From Actinomycetes bacterium (GTDB lineage: Bacteria > Actinomycetota > Actinomycetes > JAKEEW01), in contig DASYTV010000295.1 in NCBI GenBank assembly GCA_036001885.1, positions 3,982-67,981 on the forward strand: a stretch of 64,000 nt of DNA, in the 5' to 3' direction. A program made the position numbers and the translations under genes. Within the stretch, counting starts at the first letter, position 1. Each line of letters starts with the position of its first letter. The notes under the pieces are model-generated. The model was given only the letters and a program-made list of their open reading frames with translations, made no database searches and was not told the origin of the DNA. Positions 1-9,882 of this stretch are shown piece after piece.

Positions 1-1
1 C

Positions 2-676
2 GCCGTGCGGGGCTGCGGGGCCCGCGACGCCGATCGCACCCAGGCCGCCGCCGCCGAAGCCGGCATCCGCGCCTTCGACTCCGTCGCGGAGCTGCTGGCC
101 GCGCCGGGCGTCGAAGTCGTTCTCAACATCACGCCCTCGCTCGCCCATGCCGAGACGACGGCGGCCGCCCTCGCCGCCGGCAAACACGTCTACGAGGAGA
201 AGCCCATCACGACGTCGCGGCCCGCAGCGCAGCGCCTAGTCGCGGCCGCCGAGGACGCCGGCCTACTGCTCGGGTCTGCGCCGGACACCTTCCTCGGCAG
301 CGCCGCCCAGACCGCCCGCCGGGCGGTGGACGACGGGCTGATCGGGGCGCCGGTGGGCGTCGCCGGCTTCATCACCAGCGGCCGGGTGGAGACCTGGCAC
401 CCCGATCCGACCTTCCTGTTCCAGCCCGGCGGGGGACCCGTCTCCGACATGGGCCCGTACTACCTCACCGCCATGGTGAATCTGCTCGGGCCGCTCGTCT
501 CCGTCGCGGCGCGGAGCCGGGTAGGGGCGCCGGTCCTGGCGGTGACAAGCCCAAACCGCCGCGTGGACTCGATCACGGTGAGCACGCCCACGCACGCCAG
601 CGCCCTCCTGGAGTTCGAGTCCGGGGTCGTCGGCACGCTGCTCGCCAGCTTCGACGTGTGGGACCACTCGTTGTGA
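2..676 (+). CDS. Gfo/Idh/MocA family oxidoreductase, 5' partial (continues upstream of window) and truncated at C-terminus
   Basis: Translation has the family hallmarks (HVYEEKPI, GGGPVSDMGPYYLT, central dimerisation region). ORF stops at 676, about 60 aa short of normal family length. Confidence 0.6.
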   Translation, partial: AVRGCGARDADRTQAAAAEAGIRAFDSVAELLAAPGVEVVLNITPSLAHAETTAAALAAGKHVYEEKPITTSRPAAQRLVAAAEDAGLLLGSAPDTFLGSAAQTARRAVDDGLIGAPVGVAGFITSGRVETWHPDPTFLFQPGGGPVSDMGPYYLTAMVNLLGPLVSVAARSRVGAPVLAVTSPNRRVDSITVSTPTHASALLEFESGVVGTLLASFDVWDHSL

Positions 677-780
677 TTGGGGCGGGACCCGTCCCCCAGG
701 CGATCCATCTGCCGACGCTCGCCACCCTGCACGACCGGTTCCGCGTCGTGCATGTCATGGACGTCGACGAGACTCACGCT
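658..780 (+). pseudogene. N-terminal fragment (about 35 aa) of a second Gfo/Idh/MocA oxidoreductase, followed by non-coding-like sequence
   Basis: Peptide VVIGAGPVPQAIHLPTLATLHDRFRVVHVMDVDE matches the Rossmann N-terminus of the family. It loses similarity after about 35 aa. Confidence 0.4.
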
Positions 781-885
781 CAAAATTCTTCAACTGAGCC
801 TCGCGCTTGCCCTCGTTGTCGCGATCCGAGGAGCTGTCGGTGCCTGAGCCCGGCCGTGCCGGCTTCGCCGGACGGCGAAAGTTTG

Positions 886-1779
886 CTAGAAGTCGGCCGT
901 GCGCCGGGTGAGTTCGACGCTGATCTGCCACAGCCGGGCCGCGGCGGCCTGGTCGTAGGAGGGCTTGCTGGAGGTCCTCGGCTTGCGGTTGACGAAGTAC
1001 TCCCCGGTGACCCCCTCGACCTCGGGCGAGGACGCCAGATAGATCGAGGTGGCCGCGCCCTTCTCAGGAGACTTCAGTAGCGGCCGGATGAGCGGAAGGA
1101 GCACCCGCCACATCGGTGAGGGATCGTCGGCGGCGAACCGGGTGCGAACCACACCCGGGTGCAGCACGGTGGCGGTCACCCCGCTGCCGTCCAGCCGCCG
1201 GGCCAGCTCGTAGGTGAACATGACGTTGGCCAGCTTCGACTGGTTGTAGGCCTGCTGCCCGGAGTAGCCGCGCTCGCCCTGCAGATTATCGAAGTTCACC
1301 TTCCCCATGGACTGGGCGCCGGACGACACGGTCACGATCCGGGCCGGGGCGCTGGCCTTGAGCCGATCGAGCAGCAGATCGGTGAGCAGGAAACCCGCTA
1401 GGTGGTTAACGGCGAAGGTGTGCTCCAGCCCGTCCGCGGTGACGCGACGCGAAGCCCAGAACCCGCCCACGTTGTTGATGAGCACGTCCAGGCGCGGGTA
1501 CGCAGCCAGGACCTCGCGGGCCAGCCGGCGCACCTCGACCTGGGACGACATGTCGGCGGCGAAGGCGTCGACCGCCGGATTGCCGGAGGTAGCGGCAATG
1601 TCGGCTGCCGCGGCCCTGGTCCGGGCGAGGTCGCGGCCGCTGATGCCGACCCAGGCGCCCAGCGCGGCCAGGCCGGCGGCGGTGGCCCTGCCGATGCCAC
1701 CGGTCCCGCCGGTAACCAGCACGGTCCTGCCTGTCATCAGGCCGGTGCTGTTGTCAGCCATCGCGGACTCCTTGTCCAT
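886..1779 (-). CDS. SDR family NAD(P)-dependent oxidoreductase (retinol-dehydrogenase-like), paralog A
   Basis: TVLVTGGTGGIGRATA glycine motif, NNVG, YSGQQAYNQSK catalytic Y-x3-K. Alternative Met starts at 1761 and 1737. Confidence 0.8.
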   Translation of the reverse strand: MDKESAMADNSTGLMTGRTVLVTGGTGGIGRATAAGLAALGAWVGISGRDLARTRAAAADIAATSGNPAVDAFAADMSSQVEVRRLAREVLAAYPRLDVLINNVGGFWASRRVTADGLEHTFAVNHLAGFLLTDLLLDRLKASAPARIVTVSSGAQSMGKVNFDNLQGERGYSGQQAYNQSKLANVMFTYELARRLDGSGVTATVLHPGVVRTRFAADDPSPMWRVLLPLIRPLLKSPEKGAATSIYLASSPEVEGVTGEYFVNRKPRTSSKPSYDQAAAARLWQISVELTRRTADF

Positions 1780-1859
1780 CGCTGGAGCGGGTGGTGCCGG
1801 CCGCAGGCTATCGCACCACGGCGATGCCGAACATCGGCTCAGCGCCCTGCCAGCTCCAG

Positions 1860-1950
1860 CCAGATCATCACTCGGTGATCCGGCGGCCCACGATCAGCGA
1901 CGAGGTACGCGACCTTGTTCTCCGGCTGGCCCAGGAGAACCCTGGCTGGG
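1860..1950 (+). pseudogene. Short transposase N-terminal fragment (..RRPTISDEVRDLVLRLAQENPGWG)
   Basis: Matches the conserved LAReNPrWG helix-turn-helix segment of a common actinobacterial IS transposase family. Similarity is lost immediately after WG. Confidence 0.35.
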
Positions 1951-2021
1951 GGCAGGATGGCGCACGCCGATGTCGCGGACACCGTGACGGCGAGCTTTCG
2001 GCACTCTCCGACGATGCGCAC

Positions 2022-2383
2022 CTAGCCCCAGCGGGCGCTGTCTCGGGCGAGCGGCATCACCATCTCGACCACCTCGGGGCTCAGCCCTCGGCGTCGCCCG
2101 GCGGTGAGGTAGGTCCAGCGTCGGCGGATCAGCTCCCGATGACAGCGAAGCAGCGTCGACGACGTGACCAAGAGATCGGCCACCGATCGCGGGGAAGGGC
2201 TTCGCCAACGTGGCCAAGACCATGCGACCTCCCGGCGTAGCGGAGCCGCGCCACCTGTCGGCGCAGCACGGCGAGCCGGTGAGGCAGAACGGCGATCTCC
2301 AGATCCTTCGCACCGGGAGTCCAGCCGGCGACCACGCCGAGCATCCGCCGCATGACCAGAAGCGCCAGGGTTCGCACCACCAC
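2022..2383 (-). pseudogene. IS-family transposase, N-terminal about 120 aa only, frameshifted and truncated
   Basis: Two frames together give KDLEIAVLPHRLAVLRRQVARLRY..ALPRDRW.. then ..TSSTLLRCHRELIRRRWTY..RRRGLSPEVVEMVMPLARDSARWG followed by a stop. These are the hallmark N-terminal motifs of an actinobacterial transposase family. The catalytic domain is absent. Confidence 0.5.
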
Positions 2384-2504
2384 GGGAGCCGATCCGCGAG
2401 GTCAGCATAACCGCTGCTCACGGCGGCGCCCTGAGGTTGTACCCCTCAGCCGATGTGCCCGCTTCCACCTTGTCGCGCCGGTCGCTTAGCTCGCTAGCGG
2501 GTCC

Positions 2505-4260
2505 ATGGGAGTTTCAGGTCGTCGAGTGTGCAGGATCCGGTGCGGGGGGACGGCTGCGATCGCCCACGGAAAGCGGCAGCGCATCACGCCGCCGGATCAG
2601 GTGCAGCATCGGACCCGTCAATGCCGTTGTCGTCAGTGCCATGACGACCAGCATCGAGTACAACTGCGCATCGAGCAGGCCGGCCTGGTCGACCGGCCGG
2701 GGTCCCTTCCTGGGGCGCTTGCTGCCGGATGGGTGTCGTCGTGGATCTGGATCTGCGGCGGCAGCCCGCTGTTGACCTTCGGCGTCTTGTGGTTCCCCGA
2801 CGGCCGGCTGCCGTCGCGGCGCTGGTGGCCGGTGGCCGCGGCGGCCGGCCTGAGCATCGGACTGCGGGTGGTCTCGGTCGGGCTGCGACCGGGCCCGCTG
2901 GAGAACCATCCGGTCCGGGTCAACCCGCTCGGCCTGCCGTTGCCCCGTTCCTGGTTCCACATCGTCGAGTCGGCCAGCGTCCCGCTGCTCCTCGTCGCGA
3001 TCGTCGGTAGCCTCGCGGCGCTGGCGGCGCGCTACCGGCGAGCGTCGGCCGACGAACGCGACCAGCTGCGCTGGCTCCTGATCGCGGTCGGACTGCTGGT
3101 TGTCTCCTTCGCCCTCGTCGGAAGCTCCACGGCTGCCGCAGGGAACCTGCTCGCGTTGGTGGCGATCCCGCTGCTGCCGCTGTCGATCGGTGTCGCGGTG
3201 CTCCGACGGCGGCTCGACGGCGTCGACGTCACGGTGCGCCGGTCGCTGGTCTACGGCTGGCTGCTCGCCGCCGGACTCGCCGTGTACGCCGGTGTGGTGC
3301 TCGTCCTCGACGCCGTCCTGCGTGGTCATGCCCAGCCGGTGGTCACCCTCGTGGCGGCCGGCGCCGTCGCGGTGCTCTACCAACCGCTGCGGCTGCGGCT
3401 TCAGCGCGCGGCGGACCGGATGCTCTACGGCGACCGCGGCGATCCCTACGCGGTGCTGACCCGACTGGGCGCCGGCTGCAGGCCGCCGGCTCCGTCGAGC
3501 AGACCCTGCCGGAGACCGTGGCGACCATCGCCGCGGCGCTGCGGCTGCCCTACGTGGCGGTGGAGCTGCCCGGCGACTCGCCGGCACGGCCGACCGCCGC
3601 GCACGGGACGTCGGCAGACCCCGAGCCGGTGGTCATCCCGCTCACCCACGGCGGCGACGCGGTCGGCCAGCTCGTCGTGGCCCGGCGGGATACCCGTGAC
3701 GAGCTCACGCCGGCCGAGCGCCGGCTGCTGAGCGACCTCGCCAGCCAGGTGGCGGTCGCCGCCCACGCCGCCCTGCTCGACCGGGCCCTGCGACGGTCCC
3801 GCGAACGGCTGGTGGTGGGCCGGGAGGAGGAGCGCCGGCGGCTGCGCCGCGACCTGCACGACGGCCTCGGCCCGGCGCTGGCCGGCGTCGCTTTGGGGGT
3901 CGACGCGGCGCGGAACATGTTGCGTAGCGACCCGCACTCCGCCGATGCGCTGCTCGCCGACCTGAAGAACGAGACGCTGGGCTGCGTGGGCGAGGTACGC
4001 CGCCTCGTCGAGGACCTCCGCCCGCCGGCACTCGACGAGCTGGGCCTACTTCCGGCGTTGACGGCGTTCGTCGACCGGCTGTCCACCCGCGACGATGCCC
4101 TGCGCGTCGCGGTGCAGGCGCCCGACCCGCTGCCGCCGCTACCGGCCGCCGTCGAGGTGGCGGCATACCGGATCGCCACCGAAGCGATGACCAACGTCGC
4201 GCGGCACGCGCACGCCCGTACCTGCCTGCTGCGCCTCGACGTTCTCCCTCTGCACGCCGG
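2505..4260 (+). pseudogene. Sensor histidine kinase (NarL/HisKA_3 type), disrupted by a frameshift near 3470-3520 and truncated at the C-terminus; no adjacent response regulator
   Basis: Frame 2505.. encodes multi-pass membrane sensor segments and LYGDRGDPYAVLTRLG. Frame 3518.. continues with the HisKA_3 motif EEERRRLRRDLHDGLGPALAGV and the ATPase N-box (ATEAMTNVARHAHAR). Similarity ends after ..CLLRLDV at about 4255. Confidence 0.6.
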
Positions 4261-4379
4261 ACGAGTTGCGCGCGTCCATCACGACGTTCCTGGCCCGCCT
4301 GCCCAGCCCGAGGCTTCTTGGGTTGACGAGCACCTCCTGGTCGTCGTCGGCAGTAGCCGCCGCAACCAGGTGCAGCCTG

Positions 4380-4601
4380 ACGGTTCGACCAGGGCTGGTG
4401 CGCGGGCGATCAAAGATCAAGCCCCGGCCGCTACCCCATGGCCTCTACGACTTCATCCTCGGCCTGAACCGGTGGGTGTTGCGGGTCGCCGCGTACACCT
4501 CGTTGATGACCGACGCGTACCCGCCGTTCTGGTTGGACACCGGCGGTAGGGACCCCGCGACCGCCGTCATCGCACCCATCGGTGAGGCCAAGGGAGCGTG
4601 A
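4380..4601 (+). pseudogene. C-terminal fragment of a DUF4389-like protein
   Basis: ..GLYDFILGLNRWVLRVAAYTSLMTDAYPPFWLD matches the conserved C-terminal tail of DUF4389 proteins. No plausible N-terminal part lies upstream. Confidence 0.35.
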
Positions 4602-4839
4602 CGAGGGACGGCTGGCCGGATCGGCTGCGCCGCCACCGGCCGTGCCAGCACGGCCAGCCGCACCACGTCGTAGCCGGGGTCTTCTATCGCCCGGGGCGGG
4701 CGCGCCACCGACGTCGACGCCCGCCCACCGGCCCCCATCTATCTGCACAAGGAGTCGGCTGACACACCCGGCATGACCCGGTAAGAACGCTCTCGTCACG
4801 GGCGGCACCGGTGGTATCGGCAAGGCCACCGCGGTCGGC

Positions 4840-5631
4840 TTGGCCGCGCTGGGTGCCCGGGTCGGTATCACAGGCCGCGACCGTGCCCGCGCCGAGTCCG
4901 CGGCGGGCGACATCCGCGCCGCGTCGGGCAATACGGCGGTGGACGTGTTCACCGCCGACCTGTCCGCTCAAGCCCTGGTGCGCCGCCTGGCCGGGGAGGT
5001 ACTCGACACCTACCCGTGGCTGGATGTGCTGGTCAACAACGTGGGCGGGTTCTGGGCGCACCGGCATGTCACCGTCGACGGACTGGAACACACCTTCGCC
5101 GTCAACCACCTCGGCCCGTTCCTGCTCACCCATCTGCTGCTGGACCGCCTCAAGGCCAGCGCCCCGGCGCGGGTCGTCACCGTCTCCTCCGGCGCGCACG
5201 CGACGGGCCGGATCGACTTCGACGACCTGCAAGGTTCGGCCTCGTACTCGGGGCAGCGTGCCTACAACGCCTCGAAGCTGGCCAACGTCATGTTCACCTA
5301 TGAGCTGGCCCGTCGTCTGAACGGCACCGGGGTCACGGCGACCGTGCTGCACCCGGGCGTGGTGCGCACCCACTTCGGCACCGAAGACCAGGCCGGATTC
5401 TTCAAGGTGATACTGCCGCTGGTTCGCCCGTTCCTGAAAACTCCCGCCGCCGGTGCGGCCACCACGATCTACCTCACGTCCTCCGCGGAGGTCGACGGGG
5501 TCACCGGCCGGTACTTCGCCAACTGCAAACCCAAAACCTCCAGCACGGCTTCGTACGACACCGCCGCGGCGACACGACTGTGGCAGGTCAGCGCTGAGCT
5601 GGTCGGCCTCACCGCGATCCCGAGAACCTGA
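4840..5631 (+). CDS. SDR family oxidoreductase, paralog B (about 70% identical to paralog A, inverted orientation); N-terminus disrupted by an apparent 1-nt frameshift at about 4765-4780
   Basis: Upstream in another frame is ..KNALVTGGTGGIGKATAVGLAALGARVGITGRD, the Rossmann start, preceded by atgacccggtaa. ATG ACC GGT AAG would be in frame if one c were removed. Confidence 0.65.
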   Translation: MAALGARVGITGRDRARAESAAGDIRAASGNTAVDVFTADLSAQALVRRLAGEVLDTYPWLDVLVNNVGGFWAHRHVTVDGLEHTFAVNHLGPFLLTHLLLDRLKASAPARVVTVSSGAHATGRIDFDDLQGSASYSGQRAYNASKLANVMFTYELARRLNGTGVTATVLHPGVVRTHFGTEDQAGFFKVILPLVRPFLKTPAAGAATTIYLTSSAEVDGVTGRYFANCKPKTSSTASYDTAAATRLWQVSAELVGLTAIPRT

Positions 5632-6245
5632 CCGCGTAACCGGACATCGATCCTGATCTTCACCGGTTGACAGTGTTCCGCGCTCCAACGTTGTTTGGCT
5701 CGTGCACGCGATCGTGCGGGTGCCGTCGCGAATGACCGGCACGGGTAAGGGCTCGTCCTTCGCCAGCCCGAGGGCGAGGGCCCGGCCGAGGCCGAAGATC
5801 TTGGCGGCGGTGGGCAGGTCGGCGACGGCGCCGAGCGCGCGGATGCGCTGCTTGGTCCACACCCCCGTCGGCGTCATGTGCGGGTTCGCCGCCGGTGTTC
5901 TGGTCGTGGGCGGCGCGGTGGTTGGTCGGGTCGTGGACATGCGGGAGTGCTCCTTGGTCAGGAGGAGGGTAAGCGACCGCCGATTTGCGCATCCGTGTTC
6001 GCGTGGACCCCGTCACCGCACCCGTAGCGGCTCAGATCAGAAGCCGACCACGGCCGTGGGACCCAGCGACGGGGATCTGCGTACTCATCACCTGAGCGCC
6101 GTCGATCGACACGGTAATCGTCGTCCCACTCACGATTACCACGACGTTGCGGGTGGCGGCGTGCAGGTCGGGGACGTTCGTGGTGGATGCGACGAAAGCG
6201 GCGTTGCCTCCCGCGGAGCTGGTCTTGACCTTTGCTCGTGAATGG

Positions 6246-6845
6246 TCAGGGACGGGCAGACACTCCCGTGAGGGTGAAGAACTCGGTGCGGGAGCGGGCG
6301 TCTTCTCGCAGGGTGCCGAGCAGTGTGGAGGTGATGGTCGTGGCGCCGACTGCTTGCACGCCACGCAGGGTCATGCACAGATGCTCGGCCTCGATGACCA
6401 CGCCGACACCCTTGGGCTGCAGGTGGGTGATCAGCCAGTCGGCGATCTGTTTGGTCAGGCGTTCCTGGAGCTGAGGGCCGTGGGCGAAGAGTTCCACCAC
6501 GCGGGCGAGCTTGGATAGGCCGAGAATGCGTTCGCCGGGCAGGTAGCCGACGTGGGCGACGCCGACGAAGGGCAGCAGGTGGTGTTCGCACACCGACCGG
6601 ATCGGGATGGCGCGGCCCAGGACGAGTTCGTCGTAGCCCTCGTCGTTGTCGAACGTGGTCAGCTGGAACTCGCGGGGAGTGAGCAGTTCGGCGTACGCGC
6701 GAGCCATTCGGGCTGGGGTGTCGGCCAGTCCGTCGGTGTCACAGTCGACGCCAAGGGCGGCCAGGAACGCGGCGGCCGCCCGTTCGGCGGCGGCCAGGTC
6801 CCGGCCGTGCCGCCCGTGTACGACCCGCAACGGAGTGAGGGTCAT
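6246..6845 (-). CDS. folE: GTP cyclohydrolase I (FolE type I)
   Basis: Strong family hallmarks: ..SVCEHHLLPFVGVAHVGYLP..GLSKLARVVELFA..PQLQERLT. Confidence 0.9.
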   Translation of the reverse strand: MTLTPLRVVHGRHGRDLAAAERAAAAFLAALGVDCDTDGLADTPARMARAYAELLTPREFQLTTFDNDEGYDELVLGRAIPIRSVCEHHLLPFVGVAHVGYLPGERILGLSKLARVVELFAHGPQLQERLTKQIADWLITHLQPKGVGVVIEAEHLCMTLRGVQAVGATTITSTLLGTLREDARSRTEFFTLTGVSARP

Positions 6846-6846
6846 A

Positions 6847-7374
6847 TCAGCTGCCCGTCAGCCCGGAGGCGGTGTTCGGCGAGCGTACCGGCTTCGCCTG
6901 CCGTGCGACCACGGCGGCCGCTTGCGAAATGATGGTCGCGAGCCAGGTACCGCCGGCGCGACGGCCGAGGCGGCCTAGACGGCCTAGACGGCGCAAGCGA
7001 GGACTGACGTAGGTGTACGTTTCGGGGACGAACGTGTCGCCGGGCGACCCGCCGTATCCGGTGCCCTCGACGAGGAGGCCCACGTCGAAGGTGCTCGGTC
7101 CACAGGATCGGTTGCTCGGCGGGTAGGACCCGACGCGTCGTGGTCTCCCGCCGGGACAACAGTCCGTCGGGATCTGCGGCTCAGTCATCGGAGCCCCCGG
7201 GCGTCGGCCAACCCACGCCTGTTCCGTCTTGCGACGGTCGAGGGCCTGGCGCGCAGTAGTGGGACGCTTTGGCTTGCGGATCTGGACGCGACGCATGGCT
7301 AAGTCCTCCGGTCGATGAATACCTTCGGCGGGGTTTGGGTGGGCGGGTGGGTACTGCGTGGAACCGGTCGGCAC
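6847..7374 (-). CDS. Hypothetical protein; stop lies 1 nt upstream of the folE start, suggesting translational coupling
   Basis: Open frame of 175 aa with no recognisable domain. Contains the RLGRLGRLG peptide encoded by a 9-bp tandem duplication. Confidence 0.3.
   Translation of the reverse strand: MPTGSTQYPPAHPNPAEGIHRPEDLAMRRVQIRKPKRPTTARQALDRRKTEQAWVGRRPGAPMTEPQIPTDCCPGGRPRRVGSYPPSNRSCGPSTFDVGLLVEGTGYGGSPGDTFVPETYTYVSPRLRRLGRLGRLGRRAGGTWLATIISQAAAVVARQAKPVRSPNTASGLTGS
6972..6989. repeat. Perfect 9-bp tandem duplication (GGCCTAGAC x2) inside ORF 6847-7374
   Basis: Read directly from the sequence. Confidence 0.7.
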
Positions 7375-7708
7375 TACCCATGTGAATAGCTTGCTGCCCG
7401 TTCTCGGATCGGCACGCGGGGAAACCCTCGAACGGGTACCTAGGTTCTGTATATAGGTATGGCGTCATTCGGCCGATCCGATCATGCGCTCCGAGCCAAC
7501 GGCGCGATCCCGCCGAAGAGGACGATGTTGCGTGGTGTGCCCCTTATCATGAAGTGGGGAGTGAGCCGTAGGCGGCAGGGCGAAACCGCTCACCCAGTTC
7601 CCGTGACCGGATCGTCCGCGCACATGGGCAAACGCACCCGGATCCTGGGAACGCGGCGCGATAGTTCCCCACCCGTCGCCAAGTCGTTGCACGCAACAGG
7701 GGCAACGG

Positions 7709-8056
7709 TCAAACCGGCAGTGCGGTTCCCACCGGCGTCCTCGGATCGACGTCGGGCCGCGTGGTCACGCAACTCGCCGTGCGAACGTCGGTCCGAGACA
7801 TCGCGGGTCCGGGAAGTCCGGGTGGCACGGACATAAAGGGCCTGGGGGCGGCCACGTCCCGGCGGCGAGCCGGCGGAAGCGCCGGTGGGCGCGGTGGGAC
7901 CTGGCGCCCGTCGGGGAGCAGTTCACCATCGTCGTCAAAGAGGACCACGCCGTTGCACAGGAGACTCCAGCCTTGCTCCGGGTGGGCGGCCACCACGCGG
8001 GCAGCCTGGCGATCGACGGCATTCCACTGTGGGCAGGGCGGCTTGTGCTGGCACAT
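7709..8056 (-). CDS. Small conserved actinobacterial protein (DUF5999-like), C-terminal extent uncertain
   Basis: N-terminus MCQHKPPCPQWNAVDRQAARVVAAHPEQGWSLLCNGVVLFDDDGELLPDG resembles a small protein family with a HPEQGWSLLCNGV core that I recall as widespread in actinobacteria. Confidence 0.3.
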   Translation of the reverse strand: MCQHKPPCPQWNAVDRQAARVVAAHPEQGWSLLCNGVVLFDDDGELLPDGRQVPPRPPALPPARRRDVAAPRPFMSVPPGLPGPAMSRTDVRTASCVTTRPDVDPRTPVGTALPV

Positions 8057-8365
8057 GACGCACTCTCATATCGTCGGTGACGGCGATTGCCGTACGTTGT
8101 TGCGACCAGGCTGGCGCCGGAAACCTACGCGCAACGCCGTAGAAACCCGCGTGTGGGTACCTGCATTCACGTCATAAGTAGGTGTAGGGCGCTCGGCGGC
8201 CATGAAGCCCGCGCGGGTTGCACCGGCCGGGTCTGCGCGTCGTATCCGCACCTTGCGATCGGTGTCGTTACCCGGCGTACCGGAGGTCGGTCGTGCCGTC
8301 TGTTAGGAGGGCGCCGACCTACTCAAACGACGCCTGGGGCGGTCACGAAGCGGCGCTGCCCTGGG

Positions 8366-8390
8366 TGTCAGGGTTGGGTGAGACCAGCGG
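8366..8390. repeat. IS3 element left terminal inverted repeat
   Basis: 21/25 match to the reverse complement of 9883-9907. Confidence 0.75.
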
Positions 8391-8479
8391 TTCATAAGGG
8401 GTAGCCCGCCCGGGGCGAGGATGGATCGATCACGTTGACGGTCAATACGTTGGACCTGTTGGTAGGCGACGATGGGGGC

Positions 8480-8863
8480 ATGGCCAAGAAACCACGTATG
8501 GATCGGCCACGCCGGCGTTCGTTTAGCCCGGCGGAGAAACTGCGGCTGCTCGCCGGGTACGAGGCGGCGACCGAGTCGGGCACCGGTAACGCGTTCCTGC
8601 GGGAGAACGGGCTGTACTCGTCGTTGATCAGTGAGTGGCGCCGGACCCGCGACGCGGGTCTGTTGACCGGGAAACCGGCCGGTGCGGTGGTGGGCCGGCC
8701 GTCAGCGGATCAGGCGGAGATCGCCCGGTTGCGCCGTCAGCTCGATGTCGCCGAGCGTCGTCTGGCCCGTACCGAAGCAGCTCTGAGCATTATGGGAAAA
8801 GCTCAGGCGCTCTTGGAGGAAATCTCCGAGAGCGCGGACACACCACCGACGTCGAGGCGGTGA
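8480..8863 (+). CDS. IS3 family transposase OrfA (helix-turn-helix)
   Basis: MAKKPRMDRPRRRSFSPAEKLRLLAGYEAA.. is the classic OrfA N-terminus, followed by a leucine-zipper-like C-terminus. A GGGAAAAG slippery-like sequence sits near 8797 in the OrfA/OrfB overlap. Confidence 0.85.
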   Translation: MAKKPRMDRPRRRSFSPAEKLRLLAGYEAATESGTGNAFLRENGLYSSLISEWRRTRDAGLLTGKPAGAVVGRPSADQAEIARLRRQLDVAERRLARTEAALSIMGKAQALLEEISESADTPPTSRR

Positions 8864-9880
8864 TGACCGGCGCCTACCACCAACTGCGGGTGCACGTCTC
8901 GCACCGGGCCGCGGCCGGGCTATCGGGGATATCCCGGGCCACCGCCCACCGCCAGGGCGTCTACGGGCCGGCGCGGCCGCCGGTGCCGCGCCGGGCGCCG
9001 GTGAACCGGCTCAGCGAGGCCGAACGGGCCCGGATTCTGGCCGTGCTCAACAGTGACCGCTTCGTTGACACCACCCCGGTGGAGGTGTTCGCGACCCTGC
9101 TGGACGAGGGTGTCTACCTGGCGTCGGTGGCCACCCTGTATCGGGTGTTGCGGGCGAATCGGCAGGTCGTGGAGCGGCGCCGGCAGGCCCGGCACCCGGC
9201 CCGCACCAGGCCGGAGTTGATCGCGACCGGTCCGGGGCAGGTGTTCAGCTGGGACATCACGAAACTGCCCGGCCCGACTCGGGGTGTGTACTACGACGCC
9301 TACGTGATGATCGACATCTTCAGCCGCTACATCGTCGGGTGCAAGGTCGCCGCGACCGAGTCCGCCCTGCTGGCCGAGGATTTCATCACCGACGTGTTCG
9401 CCGTGCACGGCGTCCCCCAGGTCGTGCACGCCGACCGGGGCACCTCGATGACGTCGAAGAAGGGTCGCTGATCTGCTCGCCGACCTGCACGTGCTGCGCT
9501 CGCATTCACGCCCGCACGTGTCGAACGACAATCCGTACTCCGAAGCGGCGTTCAAAACGGTCAAATACCATCCGACGTTCCCGACCCGGTTCGGGTCGAT
9601 CCGGGACGCCCGCACGTTCTGCGACAACTTCTTCACCTGGTACAACCACGAACATCACCATAGCGGCATCGGCTTACACACCCCGGCGGCCGTCCACTAC
9701 GGACACGCCAGCGCCGTAACCGTTGCCCGGCAACAGGTCCTGGACACCGCCTGGGCTCAGAATCCCGAACGATTCACCCGCCGGCCTCAACCGAAGACCC
9801 TGCGACTGGCCGACACTGCCTGGATCAACAAACCCGAACCCGCCACCGACCAAGCCGAGGCCCTGACCCTCGCTGCTTAA
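8800..9880 (+). pseudogene. IS3 family transposase OrfB (DDE integrase core), interrupted by a +1 frameshift near 9455-9475
   Basis: Frame 8635-9471 carries the rve core (..DITKLP..YYDAYVMIDIFSRYIVG..VVHADRGTSMTSKK). Frame 9491-9880 continues with NDNPYSEAAFKTVKYH..YNHEHHHSGIG. The two would join if one nt were removed. Confidence 0.75.
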
Positions 9881-9882
9881 CA

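Noticed and set aside
2514-3587. 357-aa minus-strand ORF
   Set aside because: Antisense to the sensor-kinase membrane domain. Low-complexity Arg/Pro-rich translation.
4684-5940. 418-aa minus-strand ORF
   Set aside because: Lies antisense to SDR paralog B. It is Arg/Gly/Pro-rich with no family hallmarks, the typical spurious antisense ORF of high-GC DNA. Only its first 80 codons (5700-5940) fall outside the SDR gene, and they show no convincing domain.
6032-6364. 110-aa minus-strand ORF overlapping the 3' end of folE
   Set aside because: The overlap with folE is mostly out of frame and no family was recognised. Only the last 70 codons lie outside folE, so this is probably spurious or a fragment.
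7459-7836. Short ORFs (60-140 aa) across 7380-8360
   Set aside because: None has coding-like composition or a recognisable motif except the DUF5999-like ORF. The region is treated as degraded or intergenic.
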